NCBI GenBank assembly: GCA_027069135.1
Contig: JALXFE010000492.1
Coordinates: 1,542 to 65,541 of the forward strand
Origin: Thermoanaerobaculia bacterium
Lineage (GTDB): Bacteria > Acidobacteriota > Thermoanaerobaculia > Multivoradales > JAHZIX01
Length of the DNA: 64,000 nucleotides
Direction: 5' to 3'
Shown here: piece after piece, positions 37,709 through 47,663 of the stretch
Layout of the letters: each line of letters begins with the position of its first letter
Position numbering within the stretch: position 1 is the stretch's first letter
Made by a program: the position numbers and the translations under genes
Notes under the pieces: generated by a model
Told to the model about the DNA's origin: nothing
The model's input: the letters and a program-made list of their open reading frames with translations, nothing else
The model's database searches: none

Positions 37709-39805
37709 TTACACGGAGGGTCGCGAACTTGGGACGGCACGAAGCCCGGCGAGACGAGAGATCGATTCGGAGATCTGCTGAAGCTCCCGGGAAGATACTG
37801 CCCCCCCAGCTGGCGAGGGCTCTTCAGAGGTATTCAGCTCTAAGACCAAGCCATCCGCTCCGGCCGCTATAGCGGCTAAGGAGAGGGAATGGATCAGATC
37901 TAAACGGCCGACGGCCTGGCCGGGATCGACCACCACCGGCAGGTGACTGCGGCGGCGCAGCTGGGCCACAGAGCTTAAGTCGAGGGTCGCCCGGGTGGAG
38001 GGTTCGAAGGTTCGGATGCCCCGCTCGCAAAGCACAACTTGTTGGTTGCCGCCGGAGCGGATGCGGTCCGCTGCGGCGAGCACCTCGTCCACCGTGGCGC
38101 TCAGGCCTCGTTCCAAGAGGACCGGCACGCCGCAGCGTCCCACTTCGTCCAAGAGGCCGGAGCTCTCCATATCCGCCGCGCTGATGCGGACCATCTCCAC
38201 CTGTTCGGAGAGCCTCGAGACGTCCTCCGGCCGGTGGACGGTGGCGATGATCGGCATCTCGTAGGCGTGGCCGACGGAGGCCGACAGGGCCAAGAGATCC
38301 TCGCGAGCGTCGCCGGAGGGGGCTGCCGAGGGATCCCCCACCGTCGTCAGGAGCAGGCGGGCGCCCGCCTCCCGGGCCACCGAGGCCACGTTCATCAGAT
38401 CCTGCTGGCCTCGAATCTGATGCGGTCGCACGATCAGTACCGGGGATCCGGTGCCGATCTCGACATCCCCCACCTGGACGACCCGTCGGTCTTCCCCTTG
38501 GGGCCAGATGCGGGACGAGGGGCGGGACGAGGTGGCAGCCGAATCGCAGGCACCTTCCAACGAGGCTCCTACCTTGCCACCGGAGGGCGCTTGGCTGCTG
38601 ATGGCTTCGTCCGGCGGCGACATGGCGGGCATTTCCACCGGGCCGTCGAGGCCGGTTCTGCGGGTATAGGAACCGAGAACTTTCAAATGGCTGGCCAGCC
38701 GCCGGACCTTGGCGAGGGCGGTCGCGACCGGCTCTACCGCCGCATGGCCTTCCAAATCGACGAAGAACCGGTAGGCCCAGGGCTTCTCCGGAAGCGGCCG
38801 GCTCTCCAATTTGCTGAGATTGATCCTCAGATCGTCGAAGACCCGCAGACATTCCAAGAGGGCCCCCGGACGGTGACGGACCGCCATCACCAACGAGGTC
38901 TTGGCCGGTAGGCGGGGATCGACCGGCTCCGGGGCGGTGCCGATCAGGAGAAATCGCGTCAGGTTGACCCGCTGGTCTGCCACCTCTCGGCGGAGGATCT
39001 GGAGCCCCCAATTCTGGGCCGCCTCCTGCGAAGCGATCGCTCCGATGTTGGGGTCTTTTTCCTGTGAAACGCTACGGGCGGCACCGGCGGTGTCGAAGAA
39101 GGTTTCGCGGCGGGTCCCCACCAGACCTCGTAGGAATTTTCCGCATTGTTGAAGGGCCACCGGATGCGAGCGGATCACCCGTAAGTCTTCGAGCCTCGCC
39201 TCCGGCAACCCCAAGAGGCAATGCTCCACCGGCCAGACTTCCTCTCCGACGATGCTTAACTTGCGCTGCGACAAGAGATCGTAGACCTGGTCGATGCTAC
39301 CGGCGACGGAGTTCTCGATGGGCAGCAAGGCATAGCCGATCTGGCCGGATTCGAGGGCGTCGACGACCGCGGAAAAGCTCTGGAAGCCGATTCTCTCCAG
39401 ACGGTCCACCGCCCGGGAAGAAAAGAGCTTGCTGATGGTGAGGTCGCTGTAGGAACCCGGCATTCCCTGGTAGCCGACCCGCACCGGCGCCGGGCCCGCG
39501 ACGAATTGGCTGCGATCCAGAAGCCGCTCCTGATCGCGCCGGGAGTAGTTGAGAACCTCGCGCAACACGCGACCGATGAAATAGGGGGAGAGCCCTTCAT
39601 CCTTGGCCCGTCGGGCCCAGACCTCGAAGACCTGGCGCTCTCGGTCTTCGTCCCGAAGCGGCGCTGCCGGATTGTCCTTCTTGAAATCACCGATCTCCCG
39701 CACCAGGTCCATGCGGCGAGCTAAAAGGGAGACCAGATCCCGGTCGACCCGGTCGATCTCACCTCGAAAGTCTTTCAAGGGAAGCTTTTCTTCACGGCGA
39801 GTCAT
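37709..39805 (-). CDS. pheA: Chorismate mutase / prephenate dehydratase / ACT (P-protein) fused to a C-terminal DAHP-synthase(I-beta)/KDO8PS-like domain
   Basis: AroQ CM N-terminus (LKDFRGEIDRVDRDLVSLLARRMDLVREIG). PDT (RVGYQGMPGSYSDL). ACT (LVMAVRHRPGALLECLRVFDDLRINLSKLESRP). C-terminal ~270 aa resemble DAHPS I-beta (GNQQVVLCERGIRTFE ... LPVVVDPGQAVGRLDL ... AAIAAGADGLVLE). Confidence 0.75.
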   Translation of the reverse strand: MTRREEKLPLKDFRGEIDRVDRDLVSLLARRMDLVREIGDFKKDNPAAPLRDEDRERQVFEVWARRAKDEGLSPYFIGRVLREVLNYSRRDQERLLDRSQFVAGPAPVRVGYQGMPGSYSDLTISKLFSSRAVDRLERIGFQSFSAVVDALESGQIGYALLPIENSVAGSIDQVYDLLSQRKLSIVGEEVWPVEHCLLGLPEARLEDLRVIRSHPVALQQCGKFLRGLVGTRRETFFDTAGAARSVSQEKDPNIGAIASQEAAQNWGLQILRREVADQRVNLTRFLLIGTAPEPVDPRLPAKTSLVMAVRHRPGALLECLRVFDDLRINLSKLESRPLPEKPWAYRFFVDLEGHAAVEPVATALAKVRRLASHLKVLGSYTRRTGLDGPVEMPAMSPPDEAISSQAPSGGKVGASLEGACDSAATSSRPSSRIWPQGEDRRVVQVGDVEIGTGSPVLIVRPHQIRGQQDLMNVASVAREAGARLLLTTVGDPSAAPSGDAREDLLALSASVGHAYEMPIIATVHRPEDVSRLSEQVEMVRISAADMESSGLLDEVGRCGVPVLLERGLSATVDEVLAAADRIRSGGNQQVVLCERGIRTFEPSTRATLDLSSVAQLRRRSHLPVVVDPGQAVGRLDLIHSLSLAAIAAGADGLVLELNTSEEPSPAGGAVSSRELQQISESISRLAGLRAVPSSRPSV

Positions 39806-39971
39806 CGTTTGCGCCTTCCTTTAGGAAATCTTGCAAAAAGCGGCGGCAGGCTATCATGCCCCTCCTTAGAGGGCCGGCTCCCCCGGGTCCTCGGAGGCTC
39901 TGCAGCTGCACCGTGGCCATGAAACGGTCGAGCGTATAAGATCGGGTGAACAATTCTAGGGGGTCAAGCTG

Positions 39972-41756
39972 ATGTCTATTTCTACTCTGACGGACGTCTT
40001 GTTGGTTGCGCAGGACCACGCCAAGCCGGATTGCATCCTTCATAAAGTCGACGGCAAATTCGTGCCGATCTCCACCGCCGATCTGGTGCGAGACATCCAG
40101 CAGCTCGCCAAGGCTCTCTCGGATCTTGGGATCCGACGGGGGGACAAGATCGCCCTGATGGCGGAAAACGGCCCCCACTGGCCGACGATAGATTTCGCAA
40201 CCCTCTCTCTCGGCGCGGCGCTGGTCCCCATCTACCCGACGCTGACGCCGAAACAGGCGGCCTATATCGTCCAGGATAGCGGCGCCCGGTTGGTGTTCGC
40301 GCAGGGAACGGATCGCCTCGACGGTCTGGAGGATCAGCGCAGCTCCCTGCCGGACATGGAGCACCTGGTGCTGATCGGCGATGCCAGCGGACGCGAAGTC
40401 GCCACCCTCGCCCAATTCATCGAGCAGGGAAAAGGCGCCGACCCTAAAGCCTTCGAGGCGAGTTGTAAGGAGAACTCTCCGGACGACCTGGCGACGTTCA
40501 TTTACACCAGTGGTACCACCGGCAACCCCAAAGGGGTCATGCTCTCCCACCGCAATATCGTCTCCAACATGCTCGCCGGTGTCGAGTACCTGGATATCAA
40601 GAGCAGCTACACGGCTCTTTCCTTTCTACCGCTTTCACATTCCTTCGAGCGGACGGTGGACTACATCTACTTCTACCGCGGGGTCACCATCGCGTATGCG
40701 GAATCCGTCGCGGCGGTAGCCCAGAACCTCCAGGAAGTCCGCCCCCACATCTTCGTTTCTGTACCCCGAGTCTATGAAAAAGTCCTCGCCAAGGTTCACG
40801 AAAATGTCGCCAAGAGCTCTCCCCTGAAGCAGAAGATTTTCAAATGGGCCTCCGAGGTAGCTCGCCAGACCGTTCCCTACCGCCTCGAGAACAAGACTCC
40901 GACGGGGCTCCTCGGCATCAAATTGGCAATCGCGGACGCCCTGGTCTTCGGCAAGATCCGGGAACGCCTGGGCGGTCGTTTTCAATTCGCATGCTCCGGC
41001 GGCGCCCCCTTGGGCCGGGAAGTGGCGGAATTCTTTTGGGGTATCGGAGTCCCCATCTTCGAAGGTTACGGCCTATCGGAGACCTCGCCGATCATCACCA
41101 CCAACTACACGGGCAACTCCAGACCCGGGACTGTGGGCAAGGTCATCCCCGGCGTCGAGGTCAAGATCGCCGAAGACGGTGAGATTTTGGCCAAGGGCCC
41201 CAACATCATGTTGGGCTACCACAACCTGCCGGACGCCACCGCCGAGGCCATCGACACCGACGGGTGGTTCCACACGGGGGATATCGGTGAGTTCGACGAG
41301 GACGGCTTCTTGCGCATCACCGACCGGAAAAAAGAGCTGATCATCAACGCCTATGGCAAGAACATCGCACCGGCCCCCATCGAGAATGCCCTCAAGGCCA
41401 GCCGCTTCATCGGCCAAGCCATGGTCATCGGCGATCGGCGGAAGTTCCTCACCGCGTTGATCGTGCCGGACTTCGAGCCCTTGGTTGCCTGGGCTGGGAG
41501 CCAGGGTCTGGCCACCGACGATATGCCTACCCTCCTGACTCAGGAGACGATCCAGGACCTCTTCAAGGAAGAGATCGGGCGCACCAACGCCAAACTCGCC
41601 AAGTATGAGCGGGTCGGGGCCTGGGAGCTGTTGCCGGAAGAGTGGACCATCGAAGGAGGGGAGATGACCCCGACCCTCAAGGTCAAGCGCCGGATCGTCA
41701 ACAAGAAGTTCGCGGACGTCATCGAGGGCATCTACACCCGCGCCGGAGAGGGTTAG
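39972..41756 (+). CDS. fadD: Long-chain fatty acid--CoA ligase (AMP-binding)
   Basis: AMP-binding motif FIYTSGTTGNPKGVMLSHRNI. GYGLSETSP. C-terminal TLKVKRR. Confidence 0.85.
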   Translation: MSISTLTDVLLVAQDHAKPDCILHKVDGKFVPISTADLVRDIQQLAKALSDLGIRRGDKIALMAENGPHWPTIDFATLSLGAALVPIYPTLTPKQAAYIVQDSGARLVFAQGTDRLDGLEDQRSSLPDMEHLVLIGDASGREVATLAQFIEQGKGADPKAFEASCKENSPDDLATFIYTSGTTGNPKGVMLSHRNIVSNMLAGVEYLDIKSSYTALSFLPLSHSFERTVDYIYFYRGVTIAYAESVAAVAQNLQEVRPHIFVSVPRVYEKVLAKVHENVAKSSPLKQKIFKWASEVARQTVPYRLENKTPTGLLGIKLAIADALVFGKIRERLGGRFQFACSGGAPLGREVAEFFWGIGVPIFEGYGLSETSPIITTNYTGNSRPGTVGKVIPGVEVKIAEDGEILAKGPNIMLGYHNLPDATAEAIDTDGWFHTGDIGEFDEDGFLRITDRKKELIINAYGKNIAPAPIENALKASRFIGQAMVIGDRRKFLTALIVPDFEPLVAWAGSQGLATDDMPTLLTQETIQDLFKEEIGRTNAKLAKYERVGAWELLPEEWTIEGGEMTPTLKVKRRIVNKKFADVIEGIYTRAGEG

Positions 41757-41772
41757 CTCCTCGCCGCCTACC

Positions 41773-43920
41773 GTGGGTGCAGCGTTCCGTCTCGACGTCG
41801 GTGAAAGCGGTCTGGCCACCCTGGCCTTCGATCTTCCGTCTCGAAGGGTCAATGTTTTCACCCGCCCGGCGCTGGAAGAGTTTCGGGATCTTCTGAAAGA
41901 TCTCGAGCACCGGCAGGATATCGGCTGCCTGATCTTCCTATCCTCGAAGCCCGCATCCTTCTGCCACGGGGTCGACGTGGACCTGATCGCGGGCCTTGAG
42001 GAGGCCGAAGCGGCGACCGCGGGGGCCGTGGCCGGGCAACGCTTGCTCGACTCCTGGTCCCGCCTCCCTTTCCCCACGGTGGCCGCGATCCAGGCGACCT
42101 GCATGGGTGGTGGCACGGAGCTCGCTTTGGCCTCCACCTATCGCCTGGTTTCTGACCGAAGCGACCTGCGCATCGGCCTCCCGGAGGTGCGGCTGGGAAT
42201 TGTTCCAGCCTGGGGAGGGTGTGTCCGCCTACCCCGCCTGATCGGCATTGAAGAAGCCCTGGGGATCATCCTCCCGGGGCGCAGCGTCTCCCCGCCCAAG
42301 GCTCTGGAAGTCGGTTTGGTGGACCAAGTCCTTCCCGACGCGACCTTCCTCCATCATGTACGGGATTTCGGCCTCGAACGCCTGCGGGAGCCCCGCCTTG
42401 CGCCCTCCGATCATGATCTGCGGGAAGTGTTCCTGGAGAAGAACCCGCTGGGTCGCCGACTCCTCTTCGATCAGGCCCGGCGACGGACCCTCAAGCGTAG
42501 TCAGGGCCGGTACCCGGCACCGCCTCGGGCGATCGAAGTCATCCGCTTGGGCATCGAGAAGGGACCCTCCGCGGGCTATGCGGCGGAAGCCCGGGCCTTA
42601 GGAGAGCTCGCCACCCATCCGGTCACCAAGAATCTGATCCACATGTTCCGACTGGGGCAGGCGGCCAAAAAGGACCCGCCCAGACCGGAGCCCGGAGTGA
42701 TCGGCAAGATCGCGGTGGTGGGAGCGGGTCTCATGGGTGGGGCCATCGCCCATCTGATTTCCGCCAAGGCGAAGATCCCGGTGCGCCTCCTGGATCACGA
42801 TCCGGAGGCCCTGGCCCGGAGCCTTCGGGATTCCGCCACCCTCAACCAGAATCGAATCAAGAGGCGGCGCCTGAGCCCCCCCCAGGCCCGGCATCTCCTC
42901 GCTCGGATCCAGCCGACTTTTTCCGTCCGGGATCTCGGTCGCCCGGATTTCATCATCGAGGCGATCTCGGAGAATCTGGAAGCCAAGCGGGAAGTGCTGC
43001 GAGACATTGCCCAAGAGCTCCCCGAGGATTCGGTGATCGCCTCCAATACGTCCTCTCTATCCATCACTCGCCTCTCCGAGGGGATTCCTCAGCCGCAGCG
43101 GATGGTCGGCCTACATTTTTTCAACCCGGTTCCCCAGGTGCCGTTGGTCGAAGTCGTCGCCACCCCGGAAACGTCCCCCCAAACGCTCGCGACCGCGGTG
43201 GCCCTCCTGCGCCGCCTGGGAAAGGTCCCCCTGGAGGTCAAGGATCGCCCCGGTTTTCTGGTCAATCGGCTCCTCGGGCATATGCTCACCGAGTCTCTTT
43301 GGTTGCTGGCCGAGGACCTTTCCCCGGAGCATATCGATAGCGCCCTCACCACCTGGGGCTGGCCCATCGGCCCCTTCACCATGCTCGACCGGATCGGAAT
43401 CGACATCGCCCTTCAAGTCTCGGCGATGCTCGAACGGGCCTTCGGCGATCGCCTGGTCGTCCCCGCCTGGAATTGGGGGGAGGCCTTTCTTCAACGCCAG
43501 CGGCTGGGAACGAAGAGCGGAGGTGGCTTCTTCCGCTACGAGAACGGCAAGCCCCGAGGCCTCGATTCAGAGGCCCTGCGGCGTCTGGAGATCCCGGACG
43601 TCGGCCGCGGTCCCGGGGAGGGAACCGGCATCCTCGACCGGACTCTCCTCCCCATGGTCAACGAGGCCGCCCGGTGTTTGGACGAGGGTTTGGTTCGAGG
43701 ACCCCAGCAGATCGATCTGGCTTTGGTCGCCGGAGCGGGTTTCCCCGCGTTTCGGGGAGGTCTGTGCCGGTGGGCGGATCACCAGGGCATCGCCTCTGTC
43801 GTCGCCACTTTGGATCGCCTCGCGGGCACGGTATCCGAAAGGATGGCTCCCAGCCGAGCCCTTCGGGACCTGGCTGAACGCGGGGGGTTCTACGCTGCAT
43901 CCCCTGCCCGCGCCGAGTAG
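41773..43920 (+). CDS. Fatty-acid oxidation complex alpha subunit-like (enoyl-CoA hydratase + 3-hydroxyacyl-CoA dehydrogenase)
   Basis: Crotonase fold N-half (FCHGVDVD ... MGGGTELALASTYR). NAD-binding IAVVGAGLMGGAIA and HFFNP in the C-half. 715 aa. Immediately downstream of the fadD-like gene. Confidence 0.85.
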   Translation: MGAAFRLDVGESGLATLAFDLPSRRVNVFTRPALEEFRDLLKDLEHRQDIGCLIFLSSKPASFCHGVDVDLIAGLEEAEAATAGAVAGQRLLDSWSRLPFPTVAAIQATCMGGGTELALASTYRLVSDRSDLRIGLPEVRLGIVPAWGGCVRLPRLIGIEEALGIILPGRSVSPPKALEVGLVDQVLPDATFLHHVRDFGLERLREPRLAPSDHDLREVFLEKNPLGRRLLFDQARRRTLKRSQGRYPAPPRAIEVIRLGIEKGPSAGYAAEARALGELATHPVTKNLIHMFRLGQAAKKDPPRPEPGVIGKIAVVGAGLMGGAIAHLISAKAKIPVRLLDHDPEALARSLRDSATLNQNRIKRRRLSPPQARHLLARIQPTFSVRDLGRPDFIIEAISENLEAKREVLRDIAQELPEDSVIASNTSSLSITRLSEGIPQPQRMVGLHFFNPVPQVPLVEVVATPETSPQTLATAVALLRRLGKVPLEVKDRPGFLVNRLLGHMLTESLWLLAEDLSPEHIDSALTTWGWPIGPFTMLDRIGIDIALQVSAMLERAFGDRLVVPAWNWGEAFLQRQRLGTKSGGGFFRYENGKPRGLDSEALRRLEIPDVGRGPGEGTGILDRTLLPMVNEAARCLDEGLVRGPQQIDLALVAGAGFPAFRGGLCRWADHQGIASVVATLDRLAGTVSERMAPSRALRDLAERGGFYAASPARAE

Positions 43921-44073
43921 ATCGTCGTCTGCCCACGGCTGCGGGATCGTCCGGGAATCGGGACACCTGCCCTCTGCCTTCCCGCCATTGGAACCCCGTC
44001 CCGGTCGGGAGCTTCAACGGCATGCTTCTTGCTCCTAGTTGTAAGATCTAGACGCAAGGAAGGAGACAACAAC

Positions 44074-45198
44074 ATGGATTCCCTTCGCATCCGAATCAAC
44101 CACGCCGCGACTGCGCTAACCACCCTGCTCCTCATGAGCGGTAGCCTCGCCCTCGGCGCCCAAGAGTCCGATGTTTCCCTCGCAGCCGAGTTCGGGGGCA
44201 AGGTAGAGGTCACGGAAGTCCTCCTCGACGTTCTCGTCAACGACCGCCAGGGAAACGTCATCATCGGCCTCGAAAAGGAAGATTTCCTGGTGGAGGAGGA
44301 AGGTCGGCCGGTGCAGATCGAGACTTTGACGTTCTACAGCAACCGGTTGTTAGAAGCCGGCAGCGCCGAGCTCGCCGCCGCCGGGGTCACCCCCCAGGAC
44401 AGGCCTCAGGACCGTTTCTTCGTCTTGTTCTACGAGGATCAACGACGTAACGCCTTCGATTCCCCCCGCCTGCTCAGTCGCCAGCTCGACGCCGCTCGCC
44501 AGACCAAGCGATGGATCCGCTCCGAGCTCCAGCCGGGAGATTGGGTCGCGGTGGTCTCCTACGACGTCAAGCTCAAGATCCACGAGGATTTCACCCAGAA
44601 CCGGAAAGATCTCCTCGCCGCCGTCGACCGTGCGATGAAGGGAAAAGACTCCGGGAATTGGCCTTCCCGGGTCAAGGGGAGCGAAGGGCCTTCTCTGACT
44701 CAGGAGCTGCCCCAAGGAACCTTGCTCCGAGATCAGACGAAGACCATCTATGAGGCCCTTCAGGTGCTGGCGAAAGCTGCCGGCCAAGTCCAGGGACGCA
44801 AGAATCTTCTGCTCTTTACCGTCGGCTTCGGTGATTTCGATAGCTTCGGCCAGTATCGGCCGGACGCCCGGTACTACCAGCCGACCATGCAGAGCCTCAA
44901 CGACAACAATGTCGCCGTCTACCCGGTGGATCTGACGCCGACGGGCACCAGCCACACAATGGAAGCCGCCATGAACCACCTGGCCCTGGACACCGGGGGC
45001 CGCTACTTCTTCAACTTCACGAGCTTCATGACCCCCTTACGCCAAGCCGCGGAATCGACCAGTGGCTACTATCTCTTGAGCTACCGAGCTCGGCATCCGG
45101 CCGAATCGTCGGGCTACCAGAAGGTCAAGGTGTCTGCGCGGAATCCGGAATTCAAGATCCGTGCGAGGTCCGGCTACCTCTACGGAAACGAGGGCTAA
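44074..45198 (+). CDS. Secreted VWA-like domain protein (VWFA-related, acidobacterial type)
   Basis: Signal peptide MDSLRIRINHAATALTTLLLMSGSLALGAQ. VWA-like beta-alpha pattern (FFVLFYEDQ ... VAVVSYD ... LLLFTVGFGD ... VAVYPVDL ... LALDTGGRYFF) without a canonical DxSxS MIDAS. Confidence 0.5.
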   Translation: MDSLRIRINHAATALTTLLLMSGSLALGAQESDVSLAAEFGGKVEVTEVLLDVLVNDRQGNVIIGLEKEDFLVEEEGRPVQIETLTFYSNRLLEAGSAELAAAGVTPQDRPQDRFFVLFYEDQRRNAFDSPRLLSRQLDAARQTKRWIRSELQPGDWVAVVSYDVKLKIHEDFTQNRKDLLAAVDRAMKGKDSGNWPSRVKGSEGPSLTQELPQGTLLRDQTKTIYEALQVLAKAAGQVQGRKNLLLFTVGFGDFDSFGQYRPDARYYQPTMQSLNDNNVAVYPVDLTPTGTSHTMEAAMNHLALDTGGRYFFNFTSFMTPLRQAAESTSGYYLLSYRARHPAESSGYQKVKVSARNPEFKIRARSGYLYGNEG

Positions 45199-45206
45199 GC
45201 AGCCCG

Positions 45207-45992
45207 CTACGATGGGAGCTCTCCTTCGACGGCGACCAGGACGACGGTGACGTTATCCAGACCTCCGCGGGTATTAGCGGCTTGGACCAGATTGCGGCAT
45301 GCCTCTTCCAGGCCCTTCTCCCGGCACATGGTCTCGAAGATGTCCGGATCCGGGAGCATGGTCGTCAGGCCATCGGAGCAGAGGAGGAAAACGTCCCCGT
45401 CTAAGACTTCGAGCTCTCGGATATCGACTACCACGTCGCTCTCACCGCCCAGCGCCCGGGTAATGACATTCTTCAAGGGGTGTACTCGGGCTTGCTCCGC
45501 AGACAGATAGCCGGCGACGACTTGCTCATTGACCCAGGTGTGGTCCTGGGTCAGCAATTCCATTTTTCCGTCGCGAAGGCGATAGGCGCGGCTGTCTCCC
45601 ACATGCGCTACAGCGGCGGTGTCTCCGCGCAGCAGGAAACCGACGACGGTAGTCCCCATACCGTAGAGGGATCCGTCTTCCTGAATTGCGCTCAATACGT
45701 GATGGTGGGCCCCCTGGAGAGCCTTGGCCAGAATCAAGGAATGGGCCTCGAGGTCGTCGGATACCTCACCGCTTCCGTTGTCACCGGCCTTGAGGGTCTC
45801 TACCCGGCGCGCCACGTATTCGCGGATCGATTGTACGGCGATACGAGAGGCCACCTCGCCGTGGCTGTGTCCTCCCATGCCGTCGGCGACCACGGCCAGA
45901 CATTTCTCGGCGTCGATACCAAAGCAGTCTTCGTTGTGGGTCCGCGCCAAACCGACATCGGAAAGACCGCAAGCTCTGAATCGAAAACTCAC
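45207..45992 (-). CDS. PP2C-family Ser/Thr protein phosphatase
   Basis: MSFRFRACGLSDVGLARTHNEDCFGI ... VADGMGGH ... LLCSDGLT. 261 aa. Confidence 0.85.
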   Translation of the reverse strand: MSFRFRACGLSDVGLARTHNEDCFGIDAEKCLAVVADGMGGHSHGEVASRIAVQSIREYVARRVETLKAGDNGSGEVSDDLEAHSLILAKALQGAHHHVLSAIQEDGSLYGMGTTVVGFLLRGDTAAVAHVGDSRAYRLRDGKMELLTQDHTWVNEQVVAGYLSAEQARVHPLKNVITRALGGESDVVVDIRELEVLDGDVFLLCSDGLTTMLPDPDIFETMCREKGLEEACRNLVQAANTRGGLDNVTVVLVAVEGELPS

Positions 45993-46633
45993 GATGATCT
46001 ACCGAAGAGGCGACCACGCCCCTTGCGTCCCTTTCGGATCTGACTCAATGCTTCCTCGATCTCCGGGTCCGGACCCGCCCATTCGAGGGCAGCAGCATAG
46101 AAGCGTTCCGCCTCCTCGAGCTTCCCTGCCCTCTCGTTCAGACGCCCCGCAAGCTTGGCATACTTACCGTTCATCGGCTCCAGTTTGCAGGCCCGGTCGA
46201 TTGCCGAGACAGCCTCCATCTTCCACCGTTGCTCGTTGCTACAGGCCAGAGCTACATGGTACCAAGCCTTGGCGTTGGTCGGATCGGCGCGAGTCGCGCG
46301 ATTGAAATTGTCTGCCGCGGCGGAATAGTTCTTCTCGCGAAAATCCTTGACTCCACGCTGCATGTGGATCTTGAAGAGCTGCTCCAATTCCGACACTTGC
46401 TGCTCTTGTTCCGGCCGAGCGAGGTCCTCATCATGCTCGCGGCGACGGCTAGCGTCACGCAGAACGTTAAAAGCTTCAGTAATCTGCTGAAACGTTTCCT
46501 CGGCGCGAGTCTTCTCGTCCCCTTGAAAGCGATCTGGATGCATCTTCTTGGCCAAATCTAAGAACTTGGTCCGCACCTGCTCTGAGGTCGCATTCTGCGG
46601 CACTCCGAGGATCGTGTAATAGCTGCCGGCCAT
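45989..46633 (-). CDS. J-domain (DnaJ-like) protein with TPR repeats
   Basis: YYTILGVPQNATSEQVRTKFLDLAKKMHPDRF with the HPD motif. C-terminal TPR-like repeats. 4-bp overlap with the PP2C gene. Confidence 0.75.
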   Translation of the reverse strand: MAGSYYTILGVPQNATSEQVRTKFLDLAKKMHPDRFQGDEKTRAEETFQQITEAFNVLRDASRRREHDEDLARPEQEQQVSELEQLFKIHMQRGVKDFREKNYSAAADNFNRATRADPTNAKAWYHVALACSNEQRWKMEAVSAIDRACKLEPMNGKYAKLAGRLNERAGKLEEAERFYAAALEWAGPDPEIEEALSQIRKGRKGRGRLFGRSS

Positions 46634-46643
46634 TCGTCTCTTC

Positions 46644-47663
46644 CTACCTTGTCTTTATTCTATACAGCCGGTCCGCTGTTTTGCGAACGGGGTCCGGAAC
46701 ATTGCGATCTCGACGAAGGTCGCGCAAGTCGCGAACGGATAGACGCGGGACCAATTTTACCGCAGTCCCTATCAAGGTCCGGGGATTGCGCACAAGAGCC
46801 GAAACGACTATGTATTTCGCCATCAATCTCCGATCTCGACAGATCGCTGTCAGGACATCCTCATGAGAGTTACGGTTCAGGCAGATCTGCTCGATTTCCT
46901 GATCCGAAAATTTGTTGTTGTGGAAACATCCTACCGCAACCCAGATATTTGGATCCCGGATCAGGAAACCTCTCAGGGCTCTGCTGGCCCCCCGGGTGAG
47001 GGTCATCCGCACCGGAACCGGTAGCAGGCGAATCTGCATTTCGGTCAGCCCGGTGAGGTTCTCCACCTCCCCCTCGACCGAGGTGCTATCGCGAACCTTC
47101 TCGATCGCTTCCTTGACTTCTTCCTCGGAAGCTTCTGGCGGAGGCTTTGAGGCGACCCGTTTTTTCTTGCTTCTATCTACCGGCAGCAAATGCTCTCGGT
47201 ACTCCGCGATCCGCCGCCGGGTAAAAACACTGACCCGGGGATTGCGTTCCAACGCCTCGAGAATCTTTGGCTCCTCGACGATCGCGTCCTGGCGAAGCAA
47301 GAGAATCTCTTGAAGATCCGGAGAAAGACTTTCGGCGACGGCCTTGAGAAGCGGCCGCGGAACATCCCGCCGCTGAAGGATGGCCTCGAGCACCGTCGGT
47401 TCGTCCACTTCCAGAGCGAAGTAGCTCAACACGGCTTTGGGGGCCTCGTCTCGGACGTAGTTGGCCACCAGCCGCGACGGGATCGTTCTCAAGGCGCCTC
47501 GGGCACGGGCCGCTATTTCGTGGTCGGCGTTGCGCACCAGCTGAATCTGAAGGGGGACCAATTCCGCCATCGGCACCGGCAGAACGCCGTCTGCCGCCAT
47601 CATTACGAGCTCTCGGTCAGTCCCGGCGAGTACTTGCCGAACGATAGCGGAGGTCTCACTCAC
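46644..47663 (-). CDS. Hypothetical alpha-helical repeat protein ('NPR' HEAT-like repeats), paralog B
   Basis: Recurrent LxRNPRxxxxxxxxL units (LERNPRVSVFTRRRI, LVRNPRTLIGTAVKL). 339 aa. Start overlaps the rodZ-like stop. Confidence 0.4.
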   Translation of the reverse strand: MSETSAIVRQVLAGTDRELVMMAADGVLPVPMAELVPLQIQLVRNADHEIAARARGALRTIPSRLVANYVRDEAPKAVLSYFALEVDEPTVLEAILQRRDVPRPLLKAVAESLSPDLQEILLLRQDAIVEEPKILEALERNPRVSVFTRRRIAEYREHLLPVDRSKKKRVASKPPPEASEEEVKEAIEKVRDSTSVEGEVENLTGLTEMQIRLLPVPVRMTLTRGASRALRGFLIRDPNIWVAVGCFHNNKFSDQEIEQICLNRNSHEDVLTAICRDRRLMAKYIVVSALVRNPRTLIGTAVKLVPRLSVRDLRDLRRDRNVPDPVRKTADRLYRIKTR

